From positions 1,843 to 65,842 of the forward strand of contig JAGBWD010000012.1 of assembly GCA_017629985.1 (NCBI GenBank): 64,000 nt of DNA, in the 5' to 3' direction. Made by a program: the position numbers and the translations under genes. Within the stretch, counting starts at the first letter, position 1. Every line of letters starts with the position of its first letter. Shown here piece by piece: positions 1 to 10,232 of the stretch. This DNA comes from Alistipes sp. Lineage in GTDB: Bacteria > Bacteroidota > Bacteroidia > Bacteroidales > Rikenellaceae. Below the pieces are notes generated by a model. That model searched no databases, had not been told where the DNA came from, and worked only from the letters and a program-made list of their open reading frames with translations.

Positions 1-2
1 CT

Positions 3-167
3 GGATTTTGGAACAACCCCTTTGTAGTGTGGAGTAAATATCACAGAGGGTGGTTCAGGACTACCCTATCGCTGTCGTTCCAATTCCACCATACGCAGAT
101 GGATGGGCCTATATCGACAGCATTCCTAAATAGGCTTCAGGAGGTAATGAACACATTAAAATATTAG
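3..167 (+). CDS. C-terminal fragment of chloramphenicol acetyltransferase (CatA)-like O-acetyltransferase, truncated by the window start
   Basis: Manual translation ...NPFVVWSKYHRGWFRTTLSLSFQFHHTQMDGPISTAFLNRLQEVMNTLKY*; HHxxxDG matches the CAT catalytic HHAVCDG motif; stop lies 3 nt before msrA. Confidence 0.65.
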   Translation, partial: GFWNNPFVVWSKYHRGWFRTTLSLSFQFHHTQMDGPISTAFLNRLQEVMNTLKY

Positions 168-170
168 CTC

Positions 171-677
171 ATGAAAGAGATATATTTAGCAGGCGGCTGC
201 TTCTGGGGTACAGAACACTATTTCAAGCAAGTACGCGGTGTTATATCAACAACTGCGGGATATGCAAATGGCAACACAGAGAACCCAACATACGAGCAGG
301 TATACACCGATAGTACAGGATATGCCGAGACAGTACACATCCTCTACAATCCCGAAGTGGTAAGCCTCACCCTGCTCCTAGAGCTATTCTTTCGCTCGAT
401 AGATCCCACATCTCTAAACCGCCAGGGCAACGACTGTGGCACTCGCTATCGCACAGGAATATACTACACCACAGAGGAGGATATCGCCACTATACGCAAG
501 GTGTATAACGACATGGAGCGCATTATGGGAGAGCCACTAATGGTGGAGGTGGAGCCTCTAAAAAACTTCTATCACGCCGAGGAGTATCACCAAGATTACC
601 TCGATAAAAACCCTCGCGGATATTGCCACATTCCATTTGAGCTAATGATTATGGCGCGTGAGGCGAATAAAGAGTAG
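171..677 (+). CDS. msrA: peptide-methionine (S)-S-oxide reductase MsrA
   Basis: GGCFWG motif, QGND.GT.YR.GIY, AEEYHQDYL.KNP.GYCH. Confidence 0.95.
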   Translation: MKEIYLAGGCFWGTEHYFKQVRGVISTTAGYANGNTENPTYEQVYTDSTGYAETVHILYNPEVVSLTLLLELFFRSIDPTSLNRQGNDCGTRYRTGIYYTTEEDIATIRKVYNDMERIMGEPLMVEVEPLKNFYHAEEYHQDYLDKNPRGYCHIPFELMIMAREANKE

Positions 678-678
678 A

Positions 679-2907
679 CTACAACAACGGATAGATAGTT
701 GGTGGCTGGATGGATACCCACTCCGCACCATTACCCTGCGATGTGCAGACCATGCGCACCGCACGAATAGGACTCTTCGGGTAAATGGTATACTTACCAC
801 ACTCCAGCTCGCCAACAGTCTCAAACGTAGTACCATCGTAACTAACCTCCACATATCCGCTCTCAAAAATGTAGCGAGGAAGCTGGAAATTACCTGTTGC
901 CACCACCATACGGCGACACGCCACGGGTGATTCGAATGTAAACATCACCCAGTCGCCAACGCCTGCCGCACGTGCAGTACGTGCTAGACGGCCATAGCCC
1001 TCTGCCTTATCGAACGAGAAGCGTTCACTATCATCCATCGAGGAGGTGATATCAAATTTGGGCGTTATAGTTTTGAAGTGCGCTGATAGAGCAGAAGATG
1101 GAGAGATGGCCCTTCCTCGGCGCGAAACAAATGAATAGAGAGCTGGTGTAGAGGTCCTTATTGGCTTATCGTACCTTATCTCAACATTTTCACTATCAAT
1201 GATATAATAGATATCACTTCCATCATCACTATAGGCATACAACATCCCATTTTCATACCTCACCACAGGTGACATAAGACGATAAGCAACACCCATAGCA
1301 TCTAGCCTATCGTAGTGCGCGACCATACGTCTATAAAAGGCTTCAGAGTCCCTATCATCGCTATCTACCCACGCAACCTCCGCAAAGGCTACCATTCGTG
1401 GGAAGGTCTGATAATGTAGGTAGTCAGACCTCTCTGGAGCATGAGAGGCGTATAGCTCACTAAAGAATGAGGCCTCTAGACCCAATATGCTCCTCTGCTC
1501 GGCAGGGGAAAACCCAACAGCCGAGGGCGAAAACATATACACCTTCGACCAATCAAAGATAGCAGCCCAATCGTGACCTGGCTCTCTCGATGACTGCTTC
1601 ATATCGAAGTAGAAGTACTGCCCAGGCATAACAACCGTAGAGTACCCCTCATTGGCGGAGTTACGACACTCCGCGACACCCTCCCAACCATACACTCTTG
1701 TTTGATGCGATAATCTACCGCCCTCAATAGCTTCATTCCACACCGCAGGCAGTTTACCATATTTAGCAAGGATATCGACAAGGTGCGACATGAAGTATTG
1801 CTGCAACTCCGAGGTATTTTGCATTCCGCGCTCCTGCATCAGAGCCTTACAGCGCGGACACTGCTGCCACTGCGACATATCGACCTCATCGCCGCCAACA
1901 TGTATATACTGCGAGGGAAATAACTCGCATACCTCACGAAGTATATCATCTAAAAGTAGATAGTTTTCAGGTCGCGAGGCGCAGAATGCAGAGCGAGTGT
2001 CATAGCCAAAAGCTCTAGACCTATCTTTTTCATAATCACATAGAATCTCGGGGTGAAGTGTAGCGATACATAAGCTATGTCCGGGTAAATCTATCTCGGG
2101 AATAACCTCCATATTTCTCACCCTTGCATACTCTATAATTTCGCGCATATCACCCTTTGTGTAATAACCACCCCAGCGCTCATCCCACTTACCATAACGA
2201 GGCCATATCTTTGCATCTCCACCTCTAAAACCACCCTCGGAAGCTAACTCGGGATGCGACTCTATCTCTATGCGCCACGCCTCATCGTCAGTGAGATGTA
2301 GACGCAGAGTGTTAATCTTATGATAAGCAAGAAGGTCTATATACTCCATTACCGACTCCTTACTCATCCACGTACGACAGACATCGAGCATAAAACCTCG
2401 ATAGCTATAACGTGGCCTATCAGAAATCACACACATAGGGAGATCCACAGGATAAGTTACACTATGTGTATAGACCTGCTGTGGCATAAGTTGCAAAAGT
2501 GTGGTGACACCATAAAAGACACCGCCATACCCTCCGCCGGTAATCGTAATACCACCATGGTCGATAGTAAGACGATACTCCTCATCACCCAATCGCTCAT
2601 CTACAGCCAAAGCAATAGCTCCGGAGTTGTCATCAGAGAGGGCAAGGGAGAGATGCTCCGAGAGATAGTGAGCAATAGGCTCGAGCAGCTCTTGCTCCAC
2701 TGCCACACGCGCCGTACCATTCAACCTACAGACACCACCCAGCAGCTCAACACTCTGCACAGCAGGCACCAAGCTAGGGACATCAACCGCCACGCCATCG
2801 TGGATTTCAAACTCCGCCACAGGGTTACAACCAAATGAGAATACTGTACACAGGGTTGCAACGGCAGATAATGCAATAGTTGCGATAACAATCTTTAATC
2901 TATTCAT
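679..2907 (-). CDS. GH20 beta-N-acetylhexosaminidase, probable lipoprotein
   Basis: D.PRY.YRGFMLD, LHLTDDEAWR, PEIDLPGH and catalytic HVGGDEV; start placed at MNRLK (2907) rather than 2934. Confidence 0.9.
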   Translation of the reverse strand: MNRLKIVIATIALSAVATLCTVFSFGCNPVAEFEIHDGVAVDVPSLVPAVQSVELLGGVCRLNGTARVAVEQELLEPIAHYLSEHLSLALSDDNSGAIALAVDERLGDEEYRLTIDHGGITITGGGYGGVFYGVTTLLQLMPQQVYTHSVTYPVDLPMCVISDRPRYSYRGFMLDVCRTWMSKESVMEYIDLLAYHKINTLRLHLTDDEAWRIEIESHPELASEGGFRGGDAKIWPRYGKWDERWGGYYTKGDMREIIEYARVRNMEVIPEIDLPGHSLCIATLHPEILCDYEKDRSRAFGYDTRSAFCASRPENYLLLDDILREVCELFPSQYIHVGGDEVDMSQWQQCPRCKALMQERGMQNTSELQQYFMSHLVDILAKYGKLPAVWNEAIEGGRLSHQTRVYGWEGVAECRNSANEGYSTVVMPGQYFYFDMKQSSREPGHDWAAIFDWSKVYMFSPSAVGFSPAEQRSILGLEASFFSELYASHAPERSDYLHYQTFPRMVAFAEVAWVDSDDRDSEAFYRRMVAHYDRLDAMGVAYRLMSPVVRYENGMLYAYSDDGSDIYYIIDSENVEIRYDKPIRTSTPALYSFVSRRGRAISPSSALSAHFKTITPKFDITSSMDDSERFSFDKAEGYGRLARTARAAGVGDWVMFTFESPVACRRMVVATGNFQLPRYIFESGYVEVSYDGTTFETVGELECGKYTIYPKSPIRAVRMVCTSQGNGAEWVSIQPPTIYPLL

Positions 2908-2957
2908 ATACAATAAAAAAGGGTCAATACACACGTATCAACCCTCGTAACAAACTA

Positions 2958-3971
2958 TTATCTCACCCTCAATCGCTGACCAATACGGATGATTGATGTA
3001 GACTTAATGCCATTAAGCTGACAGATACGCGTTACCGTTGTGCCATACTTTCGAGCTAAAGCACCTAGTGTATCTCCCGAGCGAACAGTGTGATACTGAA
3101 CAGCGGCAGCAGCCTTACGCTCCGCCTCATCAATCTTTGCTACCTCCACTTCGTCATCAAAATCCTGCTCATACTTGGCATAGATGCTGAAATGGCGGCG
3201 CTTCAAGAGAAGTTCTGCACGACGCAAATCTCCAGTGGTAAAATCTATAATACGTTCTGGGTCAAAAGATTGACCTTTGTATCTAACCTCATAGTGAAGA
3301 TGAGGGCCTGTACTACGTCCGGTGCTACCACCTAGACCAATCTGCTGACCAGCAACCACCCAATCACCAGCCTCCACATCACGTTGCGAGAGGTGTGCGT
3401 AGTAGGTCTCCAAGCCGTTATTGTGGCGAATAACAATGAGATTTCCATAGTTACCCGCAGCCTTGGAGTAGCGCACCTTACCATCAAACGTAGCGTAGAT
3501 AGGATCACCAGTCTTTAGGGCGATATCCAAGCCCTGATGCGCACGACCACGGCGTGGGCCATAACGCGAAGTGATACGACCTATATATGGATAGTGATAG
3601 CTCTCTAACGAATCAACAAGGAGTATTGGTGTCGCCTCGGGAAGTGATGCCAACTCCACATCCTTGTAAGCATGCGTTGCAGAGGTATCCCAATGATCAT
3701 CAAACACCTGCGAATCAGCCTTATACTGATCAGATATCACATAACGCCATGTATTATCGTTAAAAAGCACGATGCTTATCATATCGCTATCGGTAGCAAG
3801 CGTATCAATGACAGCAACCTTACCCAAGGTACGCACAGGGCGCACCTGAAGAGGCTCATCTACCATCACCGAGTCCACCTTCGTACTATCTGCAGGCTCC
3901 GAAGTCACTACATCTTGTGCATTAACAACACACGACACACATATTGCAAAAAATATCAACAAATATCTCAT
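2958..3971 (-). CDS. M23 family metallopeptidase with C-terminal LysM domain
   Basis: HQGLD, YYAHL, STGPHLHYEVR; C-terminal HTVRSGDTL...IRIGQRL; signal peptide. Confidence 0.92.
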   Translation of the reverse strand: MRYLLIFFAICVSCVVNAQDVVTSEPADSTKVDSVMVDEPLQVRPVRTLGKVAVIDTLATDSDMISIVLFNDNTWRYVISDQYKADSQVFDDHWDTSATHAYKDVELASLPEATPILLVDSLESYHYPYIGRITSRYGPRRGRAHQGLDIALKTGDPIYATFDGKVRYSKAAGNYGNLIVIRHNNGLETYYAHLSQRDVEAGDWVVAGQQIGLGGSTGRSTGPHLHYEVRYKGQSFDPERIIDFTTGDLRRAELLLKRRHFSIYAKYEQDFDDEVEVAKIDEAERKAAAAVQYHTVRSGDTLGALARKYGTTVTRICQLNGIKSTSIIRIGQRLRVR

Positions 3972-3987
3972 AACAAATCCTCACCCT

Positions 3988-4563
3988 TTATTTCATCTCC
4001 TTAACCATCTCTTCGGCCAACTCCAACTGATGATAAAAATCCTCGCCAAAGGCTCTGATAATAGGCTCCTTAAGACCTTTATATACAGGTATTCCGAGCT
4101 TCTTACCACACTCACGAGCCGAGCCACATACCGCCCAACGATGGTAGTTCAACCCTGCAGAACCATTACGGAAACGAGCAACACGTATCGGGTACAGATG
4201 ACACGAAATAGGCTTCATGAACGCACACTTACCCTCGCGGTAGGCACGCTCTATAGCACAAAATGTAATACCATTCTCCTCGAAGGCATAGGCACATGCC
4301 GCATTATCAACAAGAGGTGTGGTGTAATCACCATCCACATCTACAACCATAAAGCCCTGCTCCTCAATAGCAGCACGACCCGCCTCGGTCATATATGGAG
4401 CATAATTTTCGTACTCCTGCTCGAGGATATCCACCTCATCAATGTCGAGTGGCGCTCCAGAGTCACCCTCTACGCAACATATACCCTTACATTGTCCTAA
4501 ATCGCAACTAAAGCACTCGCGTAGCAAATCAAGACTAACTATCTTATCATCAATCTCTATCAT
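3988..4563 (-). CDS. DUF3109 family Cys-rich protein
   Basis: F.CDL..CKG.CCVEGD.GAP and KPISCHLYPIR motifs. Confidence 0.85.
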   Translation of the reverse strand: MIEIDDKIVSLDLLRECFSCDLGQCKGICCVEGDSGAPLDIDEVDILEQEYENYAPYMTEAGRAAIEEQGFMVVDVDGDYTTPLVDNAACAYAFEENGITFCAIERAYREGKCAFMKPISCHLYPIRVARFRNGSAGLNYHRWAVCGSARECGKKLGIPVYKGLKEPIIRAFGEDFYHQLELAEEMVKEMK

Positions 4564-4574
4564 GATACTATCTA

Positions 4575-5390
4575 TTATGGATTATAGATATCCTTATAAC
4601 GGAACGACAAAATTTCGTAGACCATATCGTGCAACTGCTTTGCCTCCTCACTCTCTGGAGCCAAAGCCATAGCGCGCTTAAAATCATTAATCGCCTTACC
4701 CCACTCATTGTGCTGGAAGTAACACTTACCGCGCTCGATAAACAGCTCCACCCTCTCGTCACCACTCTCAATCAATGAGGTGTAACGAACAATGCGTCCT
4801 GCGGGAGTCCACAACTGATTCTTTACAATATACTCTGCTACAGATGGCGACACCATTGCAGATATATCCTCACCACGCTCTGCCTTTTCGCGCACCTCGG
4901 TAGATGAGAACTCCACAAAGGGAGCATCATTCAAGAGTGTCACACGGTCAGCAAACTTCTCAAGTTCATAGCCCTTACGAGGATATACATATATCTTATA
5001 CTCCGCCAAGATACGCTCATACTCCTTCCACTCATCAAATCGCGCCCAAATATCTGTTCCTGTGATGATAGAGAACTCCATATCCGCGCCATGATTCTCC
5101 TTAAGATAGTCGAGAGTATTGATGGTGTATGATGGTTTTTCAAGCACAAACTCCACGACAGATGGCTTTATGCGCTCGGGGAATCTAGACTCCTTACACG
5201 CCATCTCTGCCATCTCGTAACGAGTGTACTCCGGAGTCTGCAAAAGCTCCGCCTTAAAGGGATTTTGTGGCGAAATAATAAGGGCCACCTCATCTGCCAA
5301 ATCCCTCTCTATAGCATATTCGGCAAGTGAGATATGCCCACGATGAATGGGGTCAAACGAGCCGAAATATAATAACATACGTTTCTTCAT
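4575..5390 (-). CDS. nadD: nicotinate-nucleotide adenylyltransferase with C-terminal TPR extension
   Basis: GSFDPIHRGH, SPQNPFK, PSYTINTL, SSTEVR; C-terminal ERGKCYFQHNEWGKAINDFKRAMALAP is TPR-like; follows gmk. Confidence 0.9.
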   Translation of the reverse strand: MKKRMLLYFGSFDPIHRGHISLAEYAIERDLADEVALIISPQNPFKAELLQTPEYTRYEMAEMACKESRFPERIKPSVVEFVLEKPSYTINTLDYLKENHGADMEFSIITGTDIWARFDEWKEYERILAEYKIYVYPRKGYELEKFADRVTLLNDAPFVEFSSTEVREKAERGEDISAMVSPSVAEYIVKNQLWTPAGRIVRYTSLIESGDERVELFIERGKCYFQHNEWGKAINDFKRAMALAPESEEAKQLHDMVYEILSFRYKDIYNP

Positions 5391-5398
5391 ATTACAAA

Positions 5399-5959
5399 TT
5401 ACTTTAAGAATTGTGAAATTATTGCCACAGTCTGCTCAACAGCATCCTCAAGAACATCGTTTACCACAGTGTAATCAAACTCCGATGCCTTTGATAGCTC
5501 AAACTCCGCCTTGGCAATACGCTTCATAATAACCTCCTCGGTGTCAGTGCCACGACCACGCAACCTACGCTCCAACTCCTCTACCGAAGGGGGCATGATA
5601 AATACAGAACAAGCATCCTCCCCAAATAGACGCTTTAGGTTAATACCACCCATAACATCCACATCGAAGATTATGACATTTCCCTTTGCCCATATACGCT
5701 CCATCTCGCTCTTAAGCGTTCCGTAGCACGTACCAGCATAAACCTCCTCCCACTCTACAAACTCACCACGCTCCACACGACTCTTAAACTCTTCGTTTGT
5801 CATGAAGTGATAGTCTATGCCATTTTGCTCCTGTCCACGTGGCTGACGTGAGGTTGCCGAAATGGAGAATTCGAAGCAGTCAAAACGCTTTAGTAGCTCC
5901 TTCACTATAGTAGTCTTACCCGAACCACTAGGTGCCGAGAATATCACTAGCTTGCCCAT
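5399..5959 (-). CDS. gmk: guanylate kinase
   Basis: SAPSGSGKTT P-loop, SATSRQPR, YGTLKSE. Confidence 0.96.
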   Translation of the reverse strand: MGKLVIFSAPSGSGKTTIVKELLKRFDCFEFSISATSRQPRGQEQNGIDYHFMTNEEFKSRVERGEFVEWEEVYAGTCYGTLKSEMERIWAKGNVIIFDVDVMGGINLKRLFGEDACSVFIMPPSVEELERRLRGRGTDTEEVIMKRIAKAEFELSKASEFDYTVVNDVLEDAVEQTVAIISQFLK

Positions 5960-5967
5960 ATCTAAAA

Positions 5968-6840
5968 TTATAAAATATTAAGTACCTGTTCTTTAATCTT
6001 CTCCAACTCATCCTTCATCATAACCACCAAGCGCTGCATATTAGCTTCATTAGACTTTGAACCCATGGTGTTTATCTCGCGACCTAGCTCCTGCGCTATG
6101 AAGCCGAGCTTTCTTCCTGGTGCATCCTCCGATGCTGCTACCTCGCGGAAATATGCACAGTGGTTATCCAAACGCACCTTCTCCTCGGTAATATCTAGCT
6201 TCTCGATGTAGAATATCATCTCCTGCTCCAAACGGTTGTTATCCACCTCCAACGCTAGCTTCTGCATATTCTCACGAATGCGCGTCTTGATAGTTTCAAC
6301 ACGTGAAGACTCAAATGGCTCCACATCATGACGATACCTCTGAATGAGGTCAATACGTGATAGGAGGTCTGCAATAAGTATTGCACCCTCCTGAATACGA
6401 AAGGCATCCAACTGCTCTGCAGCAAGCTTTGTAGCCTCACAGATTGCCGCAAGCTCCAGATCAGACACCTCCTGCTCCTCGGATGTCACAACATCGGGCA
6501 TACGCATAACAGCATTTAGCAAAGCGCCACCGTCAGGAGTAATCATACTATCCTCGCACACCTTGCGAAACTCCTCGGCATAAGCCATGAACGCCTCACG
6601 GTTGATATGCGCAGAGGTGTCTGCCACAGCAGCCTCAAACGACACAAAACAATCCACCTTTCCACGCTGCAACATTCGTGTTACGATGTTTCGCACCTCG
6701 GCCTCGGCGGCACGATACTTGCTTGGAATCTTAACACTTAAGTCTAGCTGTTTGGAGTTGAGTGAGCGTAGCTCAACACGAAACTTTTTATCTCCACAAA
6801 TGGCCTCGCCCTTGCCAAAGCCTGTCATTGACTTAATCAT
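5968..6840 (-). CDS. YicC/YloC family endoribonuclease
   Basis: MIKSMTGFG N-terminus, GRKLGFIAQELGREINTMGSK, EKIKEQVLNIL; directly upstream of gmk. Confidence 0.93.
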   Translation of the reverse strand: MIKSMTGFGKGEAICGDKKFRVELRSLNSKQLDLSVKIPSKYRAAEAEVRNIVTRMLQRGKVDCFVSFEAAVADTSAHINREAFMAYAEEFRKVCEDSMITPDGGALLNAVMRMPDVVTSEEQEVSDLELAAICEATKLAAEQLDAFRIQEGAILIADLLSRIDLIQRYRHDVEPFESSRVETIKTRIRENMQKLALEVDNNRLEQEMIFYIEKLDITEEKVRLDNHCAYFREVAASEDAPGRKLGFIAQELGREINTMGSKSNEANMQRLVVMMKDELEKIKEQVLNIL

Positions 6841-6878
6841 ATATCGAACACAAATTATAACATAATTACATTATCTTG

Positions 6879-6886
6879 CAAAGATA
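6879..6886 (-). promoter_or_regulatory. Bacteroidota sigma70 -7 element (TATCTTTG) for the yicC-gmk-nadD operon
   Basis: Matches TAnnTTTG, 38 nt upstream of the start codon. Confidence 0.6.
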
Positions 6887-6988
6887 TATTTTTTTTCTGA
6901 TTTTACCACGTTAGTTCGACTTTTGTTTTGCACAAATATACAAATTAGGAGTCTAAATATTTGAGGTAAATTAATCAGCAAATGAAAA

Positions 6989-7150
6989 GGGGCTGACTAA
7001 AAAGTAACTTAGCCAACCCCTATAACTTAAGAGAGTAAATAAAAAGATGTAGTTTTAGGCTTGCGAAGCCCGAAAAAGCGGAGTTTACTGAGCGTAAATG
7101 AGCATTTTGAGGGCAAGCGTAACGACAAAATACACTTTTTATTCACTCTC
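6989..7150 (+). repeat. ~160-bp palindromic MITE-like dispersed repeat, copy 1
   Basis: Near-identical to 27847-28008 and to the reverse complement of 31303-31455; core has imperfect terminal inverted repeats GAGAGTAAATAAAAAG/CTTTTTATTCACTCTC. Confidence 0.9.
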
Positions 7151-7171
7151 TCATTACTCATATAGCAGAGA

Positions 7172-7546
7172 TTAGTATCTCCTAAATGTTATCGCAACAC
7201 TACTTCCCGACTCGGTTACTGTAAGCTTATTTCCTGATACACTAACCTTTAGTATCGCCTCATTACCACTCTCGCCGTATACAAGATACACCTTATTCCC
7301 TTTAAGCGTATAAGAACCCCAATACTTATCGGTAACTTCCTCATAATCTGTACCATAGTCATAGATCTCATATTCGTAATATGTTCCATCCTCCTCAAAA
7401 CAGATAACCAAGGCATCACCGCCATTAACAGCAATCCACTCGCCAATGATAGAGCCGCCAATACCATTTTCCTTTTCACAAGATGTTGTAAACACTGCAA
7501 ACATAAGTGTCACAGCAGCGACCAAACAAGAGACAAACTTCTTCAT
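7172..7546 (-). CDS. small lipoprotein, lipocalin-like domain
   Basis: SPII signal ..FTTSC, IIGEW and GSYTLKGNK beta-barrel-type motifs. Confidence 0.7.
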   Translation of the reverse strand: MKKFVSCLVAAVTLMFAVFTTSCEKENGIGGSIIGEWIAVNGGDALVICFEEDGTYYEYEIYDYGTDYEEVTDKYWGSYTLKGNKVYLVYGESGNEAILKVSVSGNKLTVTESGSSVAITFRRY

Positions 7547-7582
7547 AATAATACTAGTGTTAATTGTTTATGTCATAAATGC

Positions 7583-7610
7583 AAAAAAGGCTAACGTTGC
7601 CGTTAGCCTT
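7583..7610 (-). terminator. intrinsic terminator after tRNA-His
   Basis: AAGGCTAACG-ttgc-CGTTAGCCTT stem with U-tract on the minus strand. Confidence 0.75.
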
Positions 7611-7687
7611 TGGGTGGAAGATGGGATTCGAACCCACGACCTTAGGAACCACAATCCTCTACTCTAACCGACTGAGCTACATCCACC
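7611..7687 (-). tRNA. tRNA-His(GTG)
   Basis: Reverse complement GGTGGATGTAGCTCAGTCGGTTAGAGTAGAGGATTGTGGTTCCTAAGGTCGTGGGTTCGAATCCCATCTTCCACCCA; GTG anticodon, G-1, encoded CCA; TATATTTG promoter at 7714-7721. Confidence 0.93.
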
Positions 7688-7888
7688 ATACTGATTCGTT
7701 CCCAAATCGGGTGCAAATATACGCACTTTTTTCAATAATCCAAAATTTTCCACAACATTTTTTTAGATATTTCTTACCTTCAAGATAAATATGGTTTCAA
7801 TAAACAATGATTAACAGGACCTAACTATCACTGTTATTGTGGAGTTGCAACAATTTATGCAACACACAAAAAAAATATAAGCCCCGCC

Positions 7889-9043
7889 CTATTTTATTCG
7901 AGTGCTACGCTTCTCAACCACAACAGCAGCGATAAAATATAGCAATGCCAACACCACCAATAGAGCTATATCGGCAATAACATCACTCAACCCAGCCCCC
8001 GCAGTACCAATATTTACATAGGCATTCACAGCACTACTACTCGGAAAAAGGCGCCCCAAAATATACAACCATTCGGGAAAAGCCTCACGTGGATATGAGA
8101 CGCCAGCAAGAAGGAGTATCGGCACCGAGCTCCACAATAGGAGCATCAGCGGAGCCTCGCGTTGTCGGAAGAGGTGAGATAAGAGCATACCCAAAGAGGC
8201 CGAGGCAAACACATATAGAGCAAATAAGAGAACAACCGCTGATGTTGAACCTTCGTAGGGAAAGCCAAATATTGGCCATACAACACCTAAAATAACGGTT
8301 AAGTTAATAGCATATATAATCATATAGCACAACATCTTGGCTACCATGCTTACAAGGATATTTTCATCAGACCTTTTCAACTCCCTACGTCTCACACCAA
8401 GCATCCCCAGACCTATAAGCAGCGTCTGCTGTATAATAACCACAACCACAGATGGCATCACAAAGGAGCCATAGCCAGCCGAGGAGTTATGCAACGTATG
8501 ACCATCATATATAACAGGTTGTACGACCTCTCCGATAACCTCACCATTAGAACCCGATGCGATTAGACGCATAGTCTCAACGGCGGCACCCTTCGTAAGA
8601 ACATCCTCTGTAACCTGCTCCAGCACCTGGCGATAGAGAAGCAGGTGACTACCATCAAGTATAACACCCATATTAGCCTCATTACCACCCAAGATATCCT
8701 CTTCAAACCCTTTAGGGATTATTACAATGCCATAAACCTCACGAAGATAGAACAGCCGTTGTGCTTCGGCGACATCCTGCACCTCATAATAGAGTCTTGT
8801 ATTTGGCCCAGAGCGCAAGCCATTAATAACTTGCCTACTCTCCACACTTTTATCCTCGTCTACCACAGCTATTGCTACCTCTCGCACCACCTCATTACCA
8901 TAGGCTAGGGAGTAGATTATGGTGTAAATAAGCATAGCAAACACCAAGATAAGCATCACCCCACCATCCGAAAATATCAGCCTAAACTCATCACGAATTA
9001 TGGATATTAAACCTCCTATATATCTTTTGATTACAGCAATCAT
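7889..9043 (-). CDS. ABC-2 type transporter permease (YbhR/YbhS-like)
   Basis: IAVVDEDKS..SRQ periplasmic motif, six C-terminal TM helices; start placed at 9043 (ORF track gives 9073). Confidence 0.85.
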   Translation of the reverse strand: MIAVIKRYIGGLISIIRDEFRLIFSDGGVMLILVFAMLIYTIIYSLAYGNEVVREVAIAVVDEDKSVESRQVINGLRSGPNTRLYYEVQDVAEAQRLFYLREVYGIVIIPKGFEEDILGGNEANMGVILDGSHLLLYRQVLEQVTEDVLTKGAAVETMRLIASGSNGEVIGEVVQPVIYDGHTLHNSSAGYGSFVMPSVVVVIIQQTLLIGLGMLGVRRRELKRSDENILVSMVAKMLCYMIIYAINLTVILGVVWPIFGFPYEGSTSAVVLLFALYVFASASLGMLLSHLFRQREAPLMLLLWSSVPILLLAGVSYPREAFPEWLYILGRLFPSSSAVNAYVNIGTAGAGLSDVIADIALLVVLALLYFIAAVVVEKRSTRIK

Positions 9044-9044
9044 A

Positions 9045-10232
9045 TCAACCTCTACACCAATAGTTACTATCAAACATTATCCTACGTAATCTGCGCCACA
9101 CAAGGAGTGGCAATAGGAGAAAAATAAGCAACAAGCCTAGCTTCGGAATATCATATATAATAGGTACTCCGAGCATCATCTGGTCAATAAATATCTCACT
9201 AAAGTAACCTAACGGAAAGAGCTTGGCCAGAGGTTGAATCGCGCCATACATAGCAGTTACAGGAAAGGTTATACCTGAGAATGTAAAGGCCATAACAGCA
9301 TAACCACCGCCTAGCGATAGCGCCAGACGCAGATTTGCAGTAGTGGCGACAATAAACAATGCAACAGATTGATATGCAACGATAAAAACAAAGCTACTTA
9401 ATGTTAAAAATAGGTAGCTTCCCATAATATTCATCCCCATCACCACAACCAATGCAACTAGTATCAACTGCACCATAACCGCCATAACAATAGTAATAAG
9501 AATCAACTTACCAACGAGTGCAGCTAGCAGAGAACCACCCGACAGACGAAGCCACTCCTCTGATGTTGCATAACGTAGCTCACGCCCAACAGCATAGATG
9601 GTAGCCACCACAGTAATTATCACCACTCCCATAAGCATAAAGAGAGGAGCAAGGTAATATCCATAATTGAGATATGGATTAGCGACAATGTTGCTGTGCA
9701 ACTTAATAGGCATTATCTCAACCATAGCTTCAGCCTCTCCAACACCCTGCGCCCGAAACATAGATAACGACACACCAGCTGCAAACGTCATCACCGCCTG
9801 CTGCACGTTACTCCCCACAATCCCATCTGCCGATATATTAGTACCAGGAAGATAACACTCTACCTTGGAGGGGATGCCACGGTAGATATTCGACTCAAAG
9901 TCTGACGGCACATAGAGTATTGCACAAACCTCCTGATGCCGCATCATACGCTCCGCCTCGGCAATAGATTGCACCTCATAAGCGACATCAACACCCCGTG
10001 TAGCATTAATCATACGAAGCAGCTGACGCGAAGAGGGAGAGTGACTATGATCAACAGCGACAATAGGTAAATCCACTATCTCCCCACGGTAAAACATAGC
10101 CGTAAAGAAGATAATCATGAAAAGAGGAATAAGCATAATAATAGCCAAATATAACCTATTGTGAGCCACCTCAAGCACCTCTCTTTTAAACGCTGCAAAA
10201 ACACTGGATATAAAAGACATATACCATATCAC
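9045..10232 (-). CDS. ABC-2 type transporter permease
   Basis: LPIVAVDHSHSPSSRQL, NPYLNYGYYL, FSGITFP; multiple TM helices. Confidence 0.85.
   Translation of the reverse strand: MIWYMSFISSVFAAFKREVLEVAHNRLYLAIIMLIPLFMIIFFTAMFYRGEIVDLPIVAVDHSHSPSSRQLLRMINATRGVDVAYEVQSIAEAERMMRHQEVCAILYVPSDFESNIYRGIPSKVECYLPGTNISADGIVGSNVQQAVMTFAAGVSLSMFRAQGVGEAEAMVEIMPIKLHSNIVANPYLNYGYYLAPLFMLMGVVIITVVATIYAVGRELRYATSEEWLRLSGGSLLAALVGKLILITIVMAVMVQLILVALVVVMGMNIMGSYLFLTLSSFVFIVAYQSVALFIVATTANLRLALSLGGGYAVMAFTFSGITFPVTAMYGAIQPLAKLFPLGYFSEIFIDQMMLGVPIIYDIPKLGLLLIFLLLPLLVWRRLRRIMFDSNYWCRG

Noticed and set aside
7070-7110. Hammerhead ribozyme or kink-turn in the repeat core (CTGA...ATGAG)
   Set aside because: No CUGAnGA/GAAA core in the required arrangement; the tandem GA pairs have a 1-nt rather than 3-nt bulge
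7172-7687. Integrative element at tRNA-His, tRNA-Gln or tRNA-Met
   Set aside because: No integrase and no duplicated tRNA 3' end (att site) found in the window
7579-7788. ORFs overlapping tRNA-His (also 50123-50323 over tRNA-Gln)
   Set aside because: Shadow ORFs across tRNA genes
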